From the sequence record SRR31156797_3530: DNA of 53,929 bases; one strand, given 5' to 3'. A program made the position numbers and the translations under genes. A model generated the notes under the pieces. The model searched no databases. It was not told the DNA's origin and saw only the letters and a list, made by a program, of their open reading frames with translations. Positions 1 through 9,714 of this stretch are shown here, piece by piece; position 1 is the first letter of the stretch; every line of letters starts with the position of its first letter.

Positions 1-687
1 GAATGGTTTAACTACTGGAAAGAATTCTGTATTAACTGGCTGTACAATCTAGGGATGAAGAAGGATGATGTACGCTTCCGTGATCATTCACCTGAGGAAT
101 TGAGCCATTATTCAAATGCAACTTGCGATATTGAATACTTATTCCCATTTGGATGGGGTGAGCTGTGGGGTATAGCTGACAGAACTGACTTTGACCTAAA
201 GGCTCATGCTGAGCATTCAGGTACAAAGATGGAATATCTAGACCCTGTATCAAATGAAAAGTACATACCATACTGTATAGAACCATCATTGGGAGCTGAC
301 CGTGTTGCACTGGCATTCTTGGCAAATGCTTACGAGGAAGAAGTAGTAAACGAAGAGAAAAATGATATACGTGTAGTACTTAAACTGCACCCAGCATTAG
401 CACCATACAAGGTGGCTGTTTTGCCGCTGCAAAAGAAACTATCTGAGCCTGCAATGGAGCTTTACCATGAGCTAGCTCATCACTATATGGTTGACTATGA
501 TGTAACAGGTTCAATTGGTAAGAGATATAGACGTCAGGATGAAATCGGCACACCATACTGTATTACATACGACTTTGATTCACCTGAAGACGGTGCTGTA
601 ACAGTACGTGACAGAGATACTATGACCCAGTCTCGTATACCTATTACTGAATTAAAAACGTATCTTGACGAGAAACTGGACTACTAG
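1..687 (+). CDS. glyQS: Glycine--tRNA ligase (alpha2 type), 3' part; gene starts before the window
   Basis: Frame is open from base 1 ([10 protein letters not shown]...). Motifs [26 protein letters not shown] and anticodon-domain [19 protein letters not shown]. Confidence 0.95.
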   Translation, partial: EWFNYWKEFCINWLYNLGMKKDDVRFRDHSPEELSHYSNATCDIEYLFPFGWGELWGIADRTDFDLKAHAEHSGTKMEYLDPVSNEKYIPYCIEPSLGADRVALAFLANAYEEEVVNEEKNDIRVVLKLHPALAPYKVAVLPLQKKLSEPAMELYHELAHHYMVDYDVTGSIGKRYRRQDEIGTPYCITYDFDSPEDGAVTVRDRDTMTQSRIPITELKTYLDEKLDY

Positions 688-708
688 ATAACACATTTAG
701 GAGAATGT

Positions 709-1365
709 ATGAGAAAGTATTTAGCTGAAGGAATGGGTACATTTGCTTTGGTTTTCGCAGGCTGCGGTGCTATTATAGTAAATGAAATTCATAATGGAGC
801 ACTCGGACACCTTGGCATCTCTGTTGTATTCGGACTCATCATTATGACCATGATATATTCCTTCGGCAATGTATCAGGAGCACACTTTAATCCTGCGGTT
901 ACAATAGGTTTTACAGTAGATGGCAGGTTAAATGTAAAAGATGCAATATACTATATTGTCTTCCAACTATTAGGTGCGATGCTTGCCAGCTTAATGCTTT
1001 ACTTGATATTTAGAGATGCACCTACATATGGAGCAACAAATCCATCTGGCAGCAGTATGCAGGCGTTTGCTATGGAATCAATATTGACATTCTTTTTGAT
1101 GACAGTAATTCTGAATATATCTACAGGTCATATGGAAAAGGGTATTATGGCTGGAACGGCAATAGGCGGATATATAGCGCTTGCAGCATTATTCGGTGGA
1201 CCAGTATGCGGGGCATCTATGAATCCTGCAAGAAGTATTGGTCCTGCAATAGTATCAGGGGATTTATCAAATATCTGGATATATATCATAGCCCCTGTAA
1301 TTGGTGCAGTTCTAGCTGTTCCAGTAGGCAAATATGTCCAGAGGATTAATGAAAAAGAACAATAA
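709..1365 (+). CDS. MIP-family channel (aquaporin, NIP/AqpN-like)
   Basis: Two NPA motifs (SGAHFNPAVT, GASMNPARS), six hydrophobic segments, AGGAG RBS. Confidence 0.92.
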   Translation: MRKYLAEGMGTFALVFAGCGAIIVNEIHNGALGHLGISVVFGLIIMTMIYSFGNVSGAHFNPAVTIGFTVDGRLNVKDAIYYIVFQLLGAMLASLMLYLIFRDAPTYGATNPSGSSMQAFAMESILTFFLMTVILNISTGHMEKGIMAGTAIGGYIALAALFGGPVCGASMNPARSIGPAIVSGDLSNIWIYIIAPVIGAVLAVPVGKYVQRINEKEQ

Positions 1366-1379
1366 GTAAGGAGAACTAA

Positions 1380-2468
1380 ATGCAGTTAGGAATAGTTGGA
1401 TTGCCTAATGTTGGAAAGTCTACATTGTTTAATGCAATTACAAAGGCAGGTGCACAGGCGGCGAATTATCCATTTTGTACAATTGAGCCTAATGTTGGTA
1501 TTGTGCCAGTACCTGATTATAGATTGGATGAGCTTGTTAAGCTATATAATCCGAAGAAATTAACACCTGCAACGGTAGAATTTGTTGATATAGCAGGTCT
1601 TGTTCGAGGTGCATCAAAGGGAGAAGGTTTGGGAAACCAGTTCTTATCCCATATTAGAAGTGTTGATGCTATTGTTCAGGTGGTAAGATGCTTTGAGGAT
1701 GATAATATTACCCACGTTGACGGTAGTATTGATCCAGTTCGAGATATGGAAACAATTATGCTGGAACTGATTCTGGCAGATATGCAAACTTGTGAAAAGC
1801 GAATCCAAAAGACCCAGAAGATGGCAAAATCCGGCGAAGTTAAAATGAAAACAGAATTAGTGGAATTGCAGGGCATTCTGGAAGGTTTATCATCAGAAAA
1901 GCCAGCAAGGGCACTGGAGCTTTCAGAAACCCAATTAGAATTGTGCAAGGAGATGACCCTGCTTACAATTAAACCTACAATCTATGCAGCAAATGTTGCA
2001 GAGGATGATTTGGCATCTGGCAATGCTTTGGTGGATAAAGTTCGTAAAAAAGCTGCAGCAGAGGGTGCAGAGACAGTTATTGTATCTGCAAACATCGAAT
2101 ATGAGATTTCCACTATGGATACTGAGGATGCCCAGATGTTTCTTGAGGAAATGGGAGTAGAGCAAAGCGGTCTTGATAGGCTGATACAGAAATCATACAC
2201 TCTGCTAGGTCTAATATCATACCTTACTGCAGGAGAAAAAGAAGTCCGTGCATGGACTATTGAAAAAGGAACATTGGCTCCTCAGGCGGCAGGTAAAATA
2301 CATACTGACTTTGAAAAGGGATTTATCAGAGCAGAGGTTGTACCATATGATGTTCTGATTGAATGCGGTTCTACTGCGGCAGCAAAAGAAAAGGGACTTA
2401 TGCGCTCCGAAGGCAGAGACTATGAAATAAAAGACGGCGATGTAGTGCTATTTAGATTTAATGTTTAA
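1380..2468 (+). CDS. ychF: Redox-regulated ATPase YchF (Obg family)
   Basis: GLPNVGKS, NYPFCTIEPN, DIAGLV, IHTDF and C-terminal FRFNV. Confidence 0.97.
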   Translation: MQLGIVGLPNVGKSTLFNAITKAGAQAANYPFCTIEPNVGIVPVPDYRLDELVKLYNPKKLTPATVEFVDIAGLVRGASKGEGLGNQFLSHIRSVDAIVQVVRCFEDDNITHVDGSIDPVRDMETIMLELILADMQTCEKRIQKTQKMAKSGEVKMKTELVELQGILEGLSSEKPARALELSETQLELCKEMTLLTIKPTIYAANVAEDDLASGNALVDKVRKKAAAEGAETVIVSANIEYEISTMDTEDAQMFLEEMGVEQSGLDRLIQKSYTLLGLISYLTAGEKEVRAWTIEKGTLAPQAAGKIHTDFEKGFIRAEVVPYDVLIECGSTAAAKEKGLMRSEGRDYEIKDGDVVLFRFNV

Positions 2469-2494
2469 TTTACCAATATATAATTATAAGAAGA

Positions 2495-2520
2495 AAAACC
2501 CCGATAAAAACCGGGGTTTT
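2495..2520. terminator. Intrinsic terminator between convergent ychF and mtnN
   Basis: AAAACCCCG-N8-CGGGGTTTT inverted repeat. Confidence 0.75.
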
Positions 2521-2616
2521 ACTGTACTTATTACTAAAATATTTTAGACTACTTAATTGAGTAAATAACTATATATATCTGTAAAAATTGGAAATCTTAT
2601 TTGTTGATTAGATAGT

Positions 2617-3309
2617 TTATCTATATTCCCTGATATAATTTACTACTATTTTAATTGCTAATTTTGCCGCTTTATCAACGAACTGGGTAAAATCTACATC
2701 TGCTGATTCATCACCATTGTCTGATATACTTCTTAGGATGCAGCATTTTGTATTATTTACATAGCACACCTGAGCAATACTGCCGCTCTCCATATCAAAT
2801 GCTATTGCATTAAATGTGTCTGCAATTTTTTTAACATCTTTATTATCGCAGATGAACTTATCACCTGTTGCAATAATACCTTGCCTGTATTGTACATTCA
2901 TATTTTCAACCATCGAAACAATTTGTTTAGAAACAATTTCAGAGCAAGGAATATTAATAATATTTATACCGCTTATCATTCCTATTGGATCACCTAAAGG
3001 ACTGGTATCCATATCATGCTGCACAGTACTTTCTGCGATTACTAAATCACCTATTTCGGTCTTTTTGTAATGTCCTCCTGCTACACCTACATTAATTATT
3101 AAATCAGGAGCAAATTCCAGAATCATTGTTTGTGTGCAGATTGCTGCAAACACTTTGCCGATACCGCATTTTGCAAGGACGACGCTTTTTCCTGAAATTT
3201 TACCTTCATGAAACTCAATCGAGCCAATCTGCTTGGTCTTAACATCAGAAATTAATTCTATTAATCCATCTACTTCTTGGGACATTGCCCCTATTATTCC
3301 AAGTGTCAT
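2617..3309 (-). CDS. mtnN: 5'-methylthioadenosine/S-adenosylhomocysteine nucleosidase (Pfs)
   Basis: GIIGAM..E, GIGKV, GVAGG, TGDKF, DMES and RSISD motifs. Confidence 0.93.
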   Translation of the reverse strand: MTLGIIGAMSQEVDGLIELISDVKTKQIGSIEFHEGKISGKSVVLAKCGIGKVFAAICTQTMILEFAPDLIINVGVAGGHYKKTEIGDLVIAESTVQHDMDTSPLGDPIGMISGINIINIPCSEIVSKQIVSMVENMNVQYRQGIIATGDKFICDNKDVKKIADTFNAIAFDMESGSIAQVCYVNNTKCCILRSISDNGDESADVDFTQFVDKAAKLAIKIVVNYIREYR

Positions 3310-3326
3310 ATGTATACCTTTCGTAT

Positions 3327-3806
3327 TTATTCAGGATAATTCAACCTTGACTCACCAATATTGTTTAATACCTCATCCAAGTATCTCTTGGCAATGTGCT
3401 TTGCCATAGGGAGATTTTGATCCAGATAATTACCGCACTCAATTGCACTGCTACCGGGAATATCACCATTATATTCAGAAATAAACAGAAACATTTCCTT
3501 AATCAGCGGAAGTATATCTGCACTGCTTATATCACCAGCATAGACTAAGTAGCAGCCTGTTCTACAACCCATAGGTCCAAAATATACAATACTATCCTGA
3601 TGCTCTTCATTGTTACGCAAAAATGTTGCTCCTAAGTGCTCTATCGTATGCAGTTCAGCGGTATTCATTACAGGTTCATGATTCGGTCGGGTCATTCGTA
3701 TATCAATGGTTGTGATTACAACATCACAGTATACATCCTTCCTACTTACATAAATACCTTTTAAAAGTTTATTGTGGTCAACGCTAAAACTTGAGATTCT
3801 TTTCAT
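3327..3806 (-). CDS. luxS: S-ribosylhomocysteine lyase (AI-2 synthase)
   Basis: SFSVDH, HTIEH (HxxEH), GPMGCRTG and ECGNY; directly upstream of mtnN. Confidence 0.95.
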   Translation of the reverse strand: MKRISSFSVDHNKLLKGIYVSRKDVYCDVVITTIDIRMTRPNHEPVMNTAELHTIEHLGATFLRNNEEHQDSIVYFGPMGCRTGCYLVYAGDISSADILPLIKEMFLFISEYNGDIPGSSAIECGNYLDQNLPMAKHIAKRYLDEVLNNIGESRLNYPE

Positions 3807-3858
3807 ATCAATGTCCTATCTATTATTACAAATGGGTTTTATTATTTTTACATGCTCT

Positions 3859-3887
3859 ATTGTATCTTGTTTGTAGCATATTTTCAA
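3859..3887 (-). promoter_or_regulatory. Putative sigmaA promoter of luxS-mtnN
   Basis: TTGAAA-N17-TACAAT on the minus strand. Confidence 0.55.
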
Positions 3888-4030
3888 CACCGTATACTTT
3901 GGGATAAATAATAATCGTAAAAAAAATGAGAATTATATAACCAAAAGAAATCAAATGCAAAAGAGAAATACTAAAAAACCTGATAAAATAGTATTAATAC
4001 AAATGCCTCTCATAAAATCCCCCCTCTTGT

Positions 4031-4062
4031 AAACAACAAGGGAAGTCAATATATGACTTCCC
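4031..4062 (-). terminator. Hairpin/terminator after jag
   Basis: GGGAAGTCA-TATAT-TGACTTCCC followed by TTGTTGTTT on the minus strand. Confidence 0.6.
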
Positions 4063-4071
4063 CATTAAATA

Positions 4072-4704
4072 CTATTTATTTGATATAACTACACGTCGTT
4101 CAGGTTCCTTTCCTTGGGAGAAAGTAGTTATGCCGTCAACTTCACTTAGTACTGTATGTATTATTCGGCGTTCATATGAATTCATAGGTTCAAGCCGTAC
4201 GTTACGTCTGGTCTTTTTTGCTTTGTATGCTAACCGATGAGCAAGTTTTGTCAGGCTTTCTTCTCTCTTTTTCCTATATCCGCCTATATCCAGCTTAATC
4301 CGAACATAATCCTCTTCAGTTGAACCGTTGTGATGATTTACAACTAATCCTGTTAATAATTGAAGTGCTTCCAGTGTTTCTCCACGATGACCAATTAAGC
4401 ATCCTACACCGTCTCCTTCAATTTTTATCTTCATTGTTTCTACTTCTTCAGCTATAGCAATACCTGGATCTGGTGCACCCATTAAGTCTGATACATGTGC
4501 CAAAAAGCTAATTGCTCTATTGGATGAATTTGCTTTCTCGCTTACTCGAACACGGGCCATCTTTACACCTAAGAGTCCAAAAACACCCTTGCCGCCGTCA
4601 TCCATTATATCTATATGCGCTTCGTCTATGGTCAAATCCAATTGATTTAATCCATTCTGAACAGCTTCTTCTACCGTTTTACCAATTACTTCAATAGTTT
4701 TCAT
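4072..4704 (-). CDS. jag: RNA-binding protein Jag/EloR (KhpB)
   Basis: Jag_N (GKTVEEA), KH (LIGHRGETLEALQ) and R3H (ERRIIH) motifs; follows yidC. Confidence 0.95.
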   Translation of the reverse strand: MKTIEVIGKTVEEAVQNGLNQLDLTIDEAHIDIMDDGGKGVFGLLGVKMARVRVSEKANSSNRAISFLAHVSDLMGAPDPGIAIAEEVETMKIKIEGDGVGCLIGHRGETLEALQLLTGLVVNHHNGSTEEDYVRIKLDIGGYRKKREESLTKLAHRLAYKAKKTRRNVRLEPMNSYERRIIHTVLSEVDGITTFSQGKEPERRVVISNK

Positions 4705-4798
4705 TTTTTATCCTCCTGCAAGTACAACAAACAATGCGTAATTATATACTTGTGCAAATATTACCGATTTTGTTTACTGTAATGTCAGCTAGTCCAGT

Positions 4799-5734
4799 TT
4801 ATATCTTTGGCAATTTACGCTCCATCTTTCTGCCTTTTGATTCTTCTTCGATGGCTGCCAATTCAATTTGTTCTTCTTCTTTTTTGTTCAGAATTTTGTT
4901 CATTACCAAATAGTTAGCGACTGATACCAAGTTAGATATTGACCAGTAAAGTGCAAAAGCAGCAGATGATGTAGTACAGATAATTAAACTCATAACAGGC
5001 ATCATATATTGCATTGTTTTACCAGACATAGGATTTGGTGTCTCGTCAGCTTTTTTACTGTTGTCATTATTTTGAGCAGGCATTGCCAGCTTTGATTGGA
5101 AGAATGACAGTGAACCAGCAGCTATTGGTAGAATAAACAATCCGTTTGTAAGACCTTTTAGGTTTTCTATAGTTGCAGCAAATGCACTATTGTACATGGC
5201 TTCAGTAACTGTGCCATCTTTAAACATTGTATATTGTGCAAGTTTTGAAAACTCCGGAATTACCTCAGCCATAAATGTATCTGACTGCCAGATGTTTTTT
5301 ATCCACAGGAAACTCTCCAAATCAGCAATTCCTGCAACACCGCCGTTTGAGACGAAATTGTACAGTTCATATACCTGTTCGCCGGCTAGTTGTCTTAGCG
5401 CACCAAAGAATGCAAAGAATATAGGCATCTGAATCAATAAAGGTAAGCAGCCTGCCATTGGGTTGAAATTATTAGCTTTATACAGCTCCATTGTCTTTTG
5501 GTTCAGTTTTTCCTTATCATTTGCATATTTTTTTTGTAGAGCTTGTATCTGAGGTTGTAGAGCTTGTTGCTTTTTAGTATTCTTCTTTTGTTTAATGTCC
5601 AATGGAAGCAATAATACTCTGAATGCAACAGTCATGATAACAATTGACCAGCCGTAGCTTCCTACTATAGAATAAATATAGTCAAGTGCGGTTCTGAATG
5701 CGTTTGATAAGAAACCGTTGTATAAAAAGTTAAT
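4799..5734 (-). CDS. yidC: Membrane protein insertase YidC/SpoIIIJ (311 aa if started at ATT)
   Basis: GCLPLLIQMP, FLWI and LYW motifs. The frame extends 33 codons upstream of the track ATG (…DYIYSIVGSYGWSIVI), to an ATT located 8 nt after AAGGAGG. Confidence 0.93.
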   Translation of the reverse strand: MNFLYNGFLSNAFRTALDYIYSIVGSYGWSIVIMTVAFRVLLLPLDIKQKKNTKKQQALQPQIQALQKKYANDKEKLNQKTMELYKANNFNPMAGCLPLLIQMPIFFAFFGALRQLAGEQVYELYNFVSNGGVAGIADLESFLWIKNIWQSDTFMAEVIPEFSKLAQYTMFKDGTVTEAMYNSAFAATIENLKGLTNGLFILPIAAGSLSFFQSKLAMPAQNNDNSKKADETPNPMSGKTMQYMMPVMSLIICTTSSAAFALYWSISNLVSVANYLVMNKILNKKEEEQIELAAIEEESKGRKMERKLPKI

Positions 5735-5755
5735 AGTGGTGTCCTCCTTAAAATC

Positions 5756-5965
5756 TTAGGGTACAGGGTCGTACCCACCTGGGTGAAACGGATGGCACTT
5801 AAAGATTCGCTTTACAGCTAGAAAGCCTCCCTTTAGAGCTCCGTATTTGTCTATAGCCTCTAATGCGTATTTTGAACATGTTGGATAAAACCTGCACCTT
5901 GGAGGAAATAGAGGAGATATGGTGCTGCGATAAAATTTTATTATTATAATAAGAAATTTCTTCAT
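5756..5965 (-). CDS. yidD: Membrane protein insertion efficiency factor YidD
   Basis: CRFYPTCS and [13 protein letters not shown]; lies between rnpA and yidC. Confidence 0.95.
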   Translation of the reverse strand: MKKFLIIIIKFYRSTISPLFPPRCRFYPTCSKYALEAIDKYGALKGGFLAVKRIFKCHPFHPGGYDPVP

Positions 5966-5969
5966 GGTT

Positions 5970-6320
5970 TTAGTTTCTTTTGTTGCTATGATTTAGCTTG
6001 CTAATCAGATATTGAATATCTTTTTCAATTTCTGTATATGATGATGATTTTATAACTGCACGGGCATTAAATGTAATCCTGTAGCCTTTTGGTATATTAC
6101 CTATATTATGTCGCACAATCTCTCTCATCATTCGTTTTACGTAATTGCGTGCTACTGCATTGCCTATCTTTTTGCTTACAGAGAAACCTATCAGCAGTTC
6201 TTCAGGCTTTCGAGATTTTACGTAGTTTATAGCAACCCGTTTAGCCGCAAAGGACTTGCCTCGTCTGTAGATATAGGCAAAGTCTCTGCGCTTTTTTAAT
6301 CTATATTCTTCTTTTAACAT
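5970..6320 (-). CDS. rnpA: Ribonuclease P protein component
   Basis: RLKKRRDF and [19 protein letters not shown] (RNR-like motif). Confidence 0.95.
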   Translation of the reverse strand: MLKEEYRLKKRRDFAYIYRRGKSFAAKRVAINYVKSRKPEELLIGFSVSKKIGNAVARNYVKRMMREIVRHNIGNIPKGYRITFNARAVIKSSSYTEIEKDIQYLISKLNHSNKRN

Positions 6321-6380
6321 GCATTACTCAGTGCAAAAAGTGCAACAATACAAAACTTTCTATACGTTCAAAAGTTTAGA

Positions 6381-6515
6381 TTATGCTGATAGCTTCTTGC
6401 GACCTTTTGCACGACGGCGTGCAAGTACGTTACGTCCTGATTTTGTTTTCATGCGTTTGCGAAAACCATGTTCTCTATTTCTTTGTTTTGTCTTGGGTTG
6501 GTAAGTCCTTTTCAT
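6381..6515 (-). CDS. rpmH: 50S ribosomal protein L34 (44 aa, below the ORF-track cutoff)
   Basis: Hand translation [54 protein letters not shown]. Confidence 0.97.
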   Translation of the reverse strand: MKRTYQPKTKQRNREHGFRKRMKTKSGRNVLARRRAKGRKKLSA

Positions 6516-6615
6516 TTTTCTCTCCTTTATGATGTTGCATATAATTAACGAGTTGTCTCGTTTTGCTCAAGTAAATTGGCGTACTACCCCATATTATTTA
6601 CTAAAATACCATAGT

Positions 6616-6644
6616 ATTATACAGAAATATGATGAAAAAGTCAA
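6616..6644 (-). promoter_or_regulatory. Putative sigmaA promoter of the rpmH operon
   Basis: TTGACT-N17-TATAAT on the minus strand. Confidence 0.7.
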
Positions 6645-7011
6645 ATCAATTTGACTAGGGATTTACTATAAATTTCTATGCTTTTAACGAATAAAAATCA
6701 CACTACAAGTAAGAATTCAAATAGCTTATATTTATCAAACTTTCGGTTGAATATTCATATAGAATCCAAATCTGCAAAACGTTGATACTGATTCAGTTGA
6801 TTATTAATATCTTTACAGAGACCATAATTTGCCCATAAATTTAGCAGAATATTGTATTTGTAATATTGTTGTGACACAAGAAAAATACTATCTATGTAGA
6901 CAGTCAGTAATATCGATACACTATTTCACATTGGTGTTACATGAATTGCTACTATCTGCCACATGTCCAAAATATACTAACGGTAGATAAATATATTTAT
7001 TAGGAGAGCAT

Positions 7012-9003
7012 ATGAAAGACAAAATAAAGCAGAACTTACCTATTGGAATAATCATGTTAGTAGGTTTATTCCTATATGGGTACAACATCTGGCAGGTAGG
7101 CTATGCCAATTACTACTACTCTGCTGGTGTATATTCCATGGGTCAGAATTTACACGCATTCTTTTTCAATTCCTTGGATTCCATAGGATTCGTAACGATA
7201 GATAAGCCTCCATTGGGATTTTGGATACAGGTACTCTTTACCAAAGTATTTGGTTTTTCCGGCTGGTCTGTAATCCTGCCAGAAATTTTAGCAGGTGTTA
7301 CATCAATATATTTACTTTATAATATCGTCCAAAAACGATTTAGTAAGGGAGCAGGATTGGCTGCAGCGGCAGTACTGGCAGTTACCCCTATATTTGCAGC
7401 AGTTTCCAGAAATAATACTATTGACGGAATATTGATTCTGCTTATGATTTTAGCAGTAAATGAAGCTATCAAAGCTACGGAGAAATCCAGCTTGAAGCAC
7501 TTGATATTTGCAGGCATATTTATTGGCTTAGGCTTTAATGTGAAAATGCTGCAGGCATATATGATAGTTCCAGCTGTTTATCTGACATATCTGATATTTT
7601 CAAAGAAAAAAATCTTCAAAAGAATTGCCCACTGTACTGTGTCATTCATAATTCTATTAGTTATCTCTTTATCCTGGGTAGTTATAGTTGATGGCATTAA
7701 TCCTGACAATCGCCCCTATGTCGGTTCCAGCGATACAAACTCAGCCCTTGAGCTTGCTATAGGATATAATGGAATAAACCGTATTTTCGGAGGTCAGTCT
7801 TCCATAACTCAATATCTAAGAAATATTGCTAACGACGAGTCTCAAGAATACAATACTGCTGACATACAAAATAATAATCAAAATCGTCCGCCTATTCAAA
7901 ATCAAAATAATCAGGATAGACCAGCACTTGATAGTAATCAAAATATACGTCCTCAGCAAAATAACGGGCTAAGACCATCATCACCTAATGGAGGTAATGC
8001 TTCCGATGGTGGTAATAATTACGGTAATAATGGAAGAGGAAAAGGTAACGAAGCTGGTAATGCATCTCTCTTTAGAATGTTTAATGATGAAAATGCCGGA
8101 CAAATTGCATGGTTTGTCCTGCCTAGCATAGCATGTGTATTATTTATGATTTACCTAATAGTAAAGAGAAAACTAATCGCTAATTCAAAGAATATTACAT
8201 CACTTTTATTTGCTATAGCATTTATCTCCATGATTACGTATTTCAGCTTCTCCAGCGGTTTAGCTCACAGATATTACTTCGCTACAATGGCTCCGTATAT
8301 TGCAGGGCTGGTTGGTATACTGTTCTACTATTTAATAAAGGAAAAGAACTTTACTCTTCCTTTAGTTTTCGGATTAACTGCTGCATCACAAATCTATATT
8401 CAAAACCTTTACGGTAACTGGCTTGGTATTCTGGTAATAGTAATGCTTGGTTTGTTTATACTAATCTTGATAGTTATGATAATAGGTATAAATGCTAAGT
8501 TCAAAAGCAAATGGTTTGTTCTGATGCTATGTTCTCTGCTGATACTTCCTACTATCTGGACAGCTACACCCATATTATATGGAGAAAATTCTAAGCTGCC
8601 AATAACAGGTCCAGAGCTAATAGATGAAAGGAATGGGAATGAACCAGAAAATGACTACAGCGGATTAATCCGATATCTGGAAGAAAACAGAGATGATGCC
8701 GACTATCTGGTCATGACTCCTAGTTCTATGAATTTCGGAGCAGAGATTTTACTGGGATCTGGTGAACCGGTGATGGCATTAGGCGGATTTAACGGAGGAG
8801 ATCAAATTGTAGACTTAGACGAATTTATCCAAATGATTGAAGATAATGAGGTAAAGTATGCACTGATAAATGCTAATCAAAACAATGGTTCCAACAGCAG
8901 AATATTCAATTGGATATCCAATAACTGTCACATTATTAATCCTACTGAATACGGCGGAAGAACTATAAACGGAACACTTTACGACCTGACATCTTACAAA
9001 TAA
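7012..9003 (+). CDS. GT-C fold (ArnT/GT39, YkcB/YycA-like) membrane glycosyltransferase
   Basis: NYYYSAGV, TIDKPPLGFW, RNNTID, FNVKMLQA, RPYVGSS, HRYY and PVMALGGF; many TM segments; N/Q-rich loop. Confidence 0.85.
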   Translation: MKDKIKQNLPIGIIMLVGLFLYGYNIWQVGYANYYYSAGVYSMGQNLHAFFFNSLDSIGFVTIDKPPLGFWIQVLFTKVFGFSGWSVILPEILAGVTSIYLLYNIVQKRFSKGAGLAAAAVLAVTPIFAAVSRNNTIDGILILLMILAVNEAIKATEKSSLKHLIFAGIFIGLGFNVKMLQAYMIVPAVYLTYLIFSKKKIFKRIAHCTVSFIILLVISLSWVVIVDGINPDNRPYVGSSDTNSALELAIGYNGINRIFGGQSSITQYLRNIANDESQEYNTADIQNNNQNRPPIQNQNNQDRPALDSNQNIRPQQNNGLRPSSPNGGNASDGGNNYGNNGRGKGNEAGNASLFRMFNDENAGQIAWFVLPSIACVLFMIYLIVKRKLIANSKNITSLLFAIAFISMITYFSFSSGLAHRYYFATMAPYIAGLVGILFYYLIKEKNFTLPLVFGLTAASQIYIQNLYGNWLGILVIVMLGLFILILIVMIIGINAKFKSKWFVLMLCSLLILPTIWTATPILYGENSKLPITGPELIDERNGNEPENDYSGLIRYLEENRDDADYLVMTPSSMNFGAEILLGSGEPVMALGGFNGGDQIVDLDEFIQMIEDNEVKYALINANQNNGSNSRIFNWISNNCHIINPTEYGGRTINGTLYDLTSYK

Positions 9004-9084
9004 TTGTAAGTACAACATATTGTAGTGGACTTTCTCTTGTGGTATAATCAAGCCACATATATACAAAATAGGGAGAGGTTCACT

Positions 9085-9714
9085 ATGATAAAACATGTGG
9101 TATTTGATTTTGACGGAACACTGGCAAATACGAAGATATTAATACCCAAAATTATTAATGCTGTTTTTGAAAAGCACAACAAAAAAGCATTGCCGTATGA
9201 AGAAATTCGTGAATTTATGGAGATGGGTGCGAAGCAGGCACTGAGAGAATCTGGACTAAAGTGGCATCAGGTACCTAAATTCGTTACATCTGCCCAAAAG
9301 ATAATGAATGGGATGATTGATGAAATCAATCTGTACGATGATATTAAGGTCGTATGCTTCGAACTCAATAAGAACTATACCACCAATATAATATCTGCAA
9401 ACACTGTAGACAATATTACAAAAGTACTTGATAAGCATGAATTGAAATGCTTCGACCATATCTTTTCCACAAAGGGCTCTACAAAGAAACACAAGTTCTT
9501 CACTAAGTACATGAAGAAGTTTGATCTAAGTCCAGAAGAAATCCTATATATTGGCGATGAGATTTCCGATGTAATTGCCTGTAAAAAAAGAAATATTAAA
9601 ATAGCAGCTGTAACATGGGGGTACGACAGTCATAAAATTCTTGCTGAAAGTGAGCCTGACCATATTCTCCACACACCCTTGGAATTATTAAATGTTGTTA
9701 AGCAATATGGTTAA
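9085..9714 (+). CDS. HAD-superfamily hydrolase (phosphoglycolate phosphatase-like)
   Basis: FDFDGT, YIGDE..D and VTWGY. ATG at 9085 follows a GGGAGAGG RBS. Confidence 0.85.
   Translation: MIKHVVFDFDGTLANTKILIPKIINAVFEKHNKKALPYEEIREFMEMGAKQALRESGLKWHQVPKFVTSAQKIMNGMIDEINLYDDIKVVCFELNKNYTTNIISANTVDNITKVLDKHELKCFDHIFSTKGSTKKHKFFTKYMKKFDLSPEEILYIGDEISDVIACKKRNIKIAAVTWGYDSHKILAESEPDHILHTPLELLNVVKQYG

Noticed and set aside
6319..6504. 61-aa plus-strand ORF in the track
   Set aside because: Antisense shadow of rpmH.
6516..7011. oriC expected upstream of rpmH
   Set aside because: No dnaA gene and no TTATCCACA-type boxes seen.
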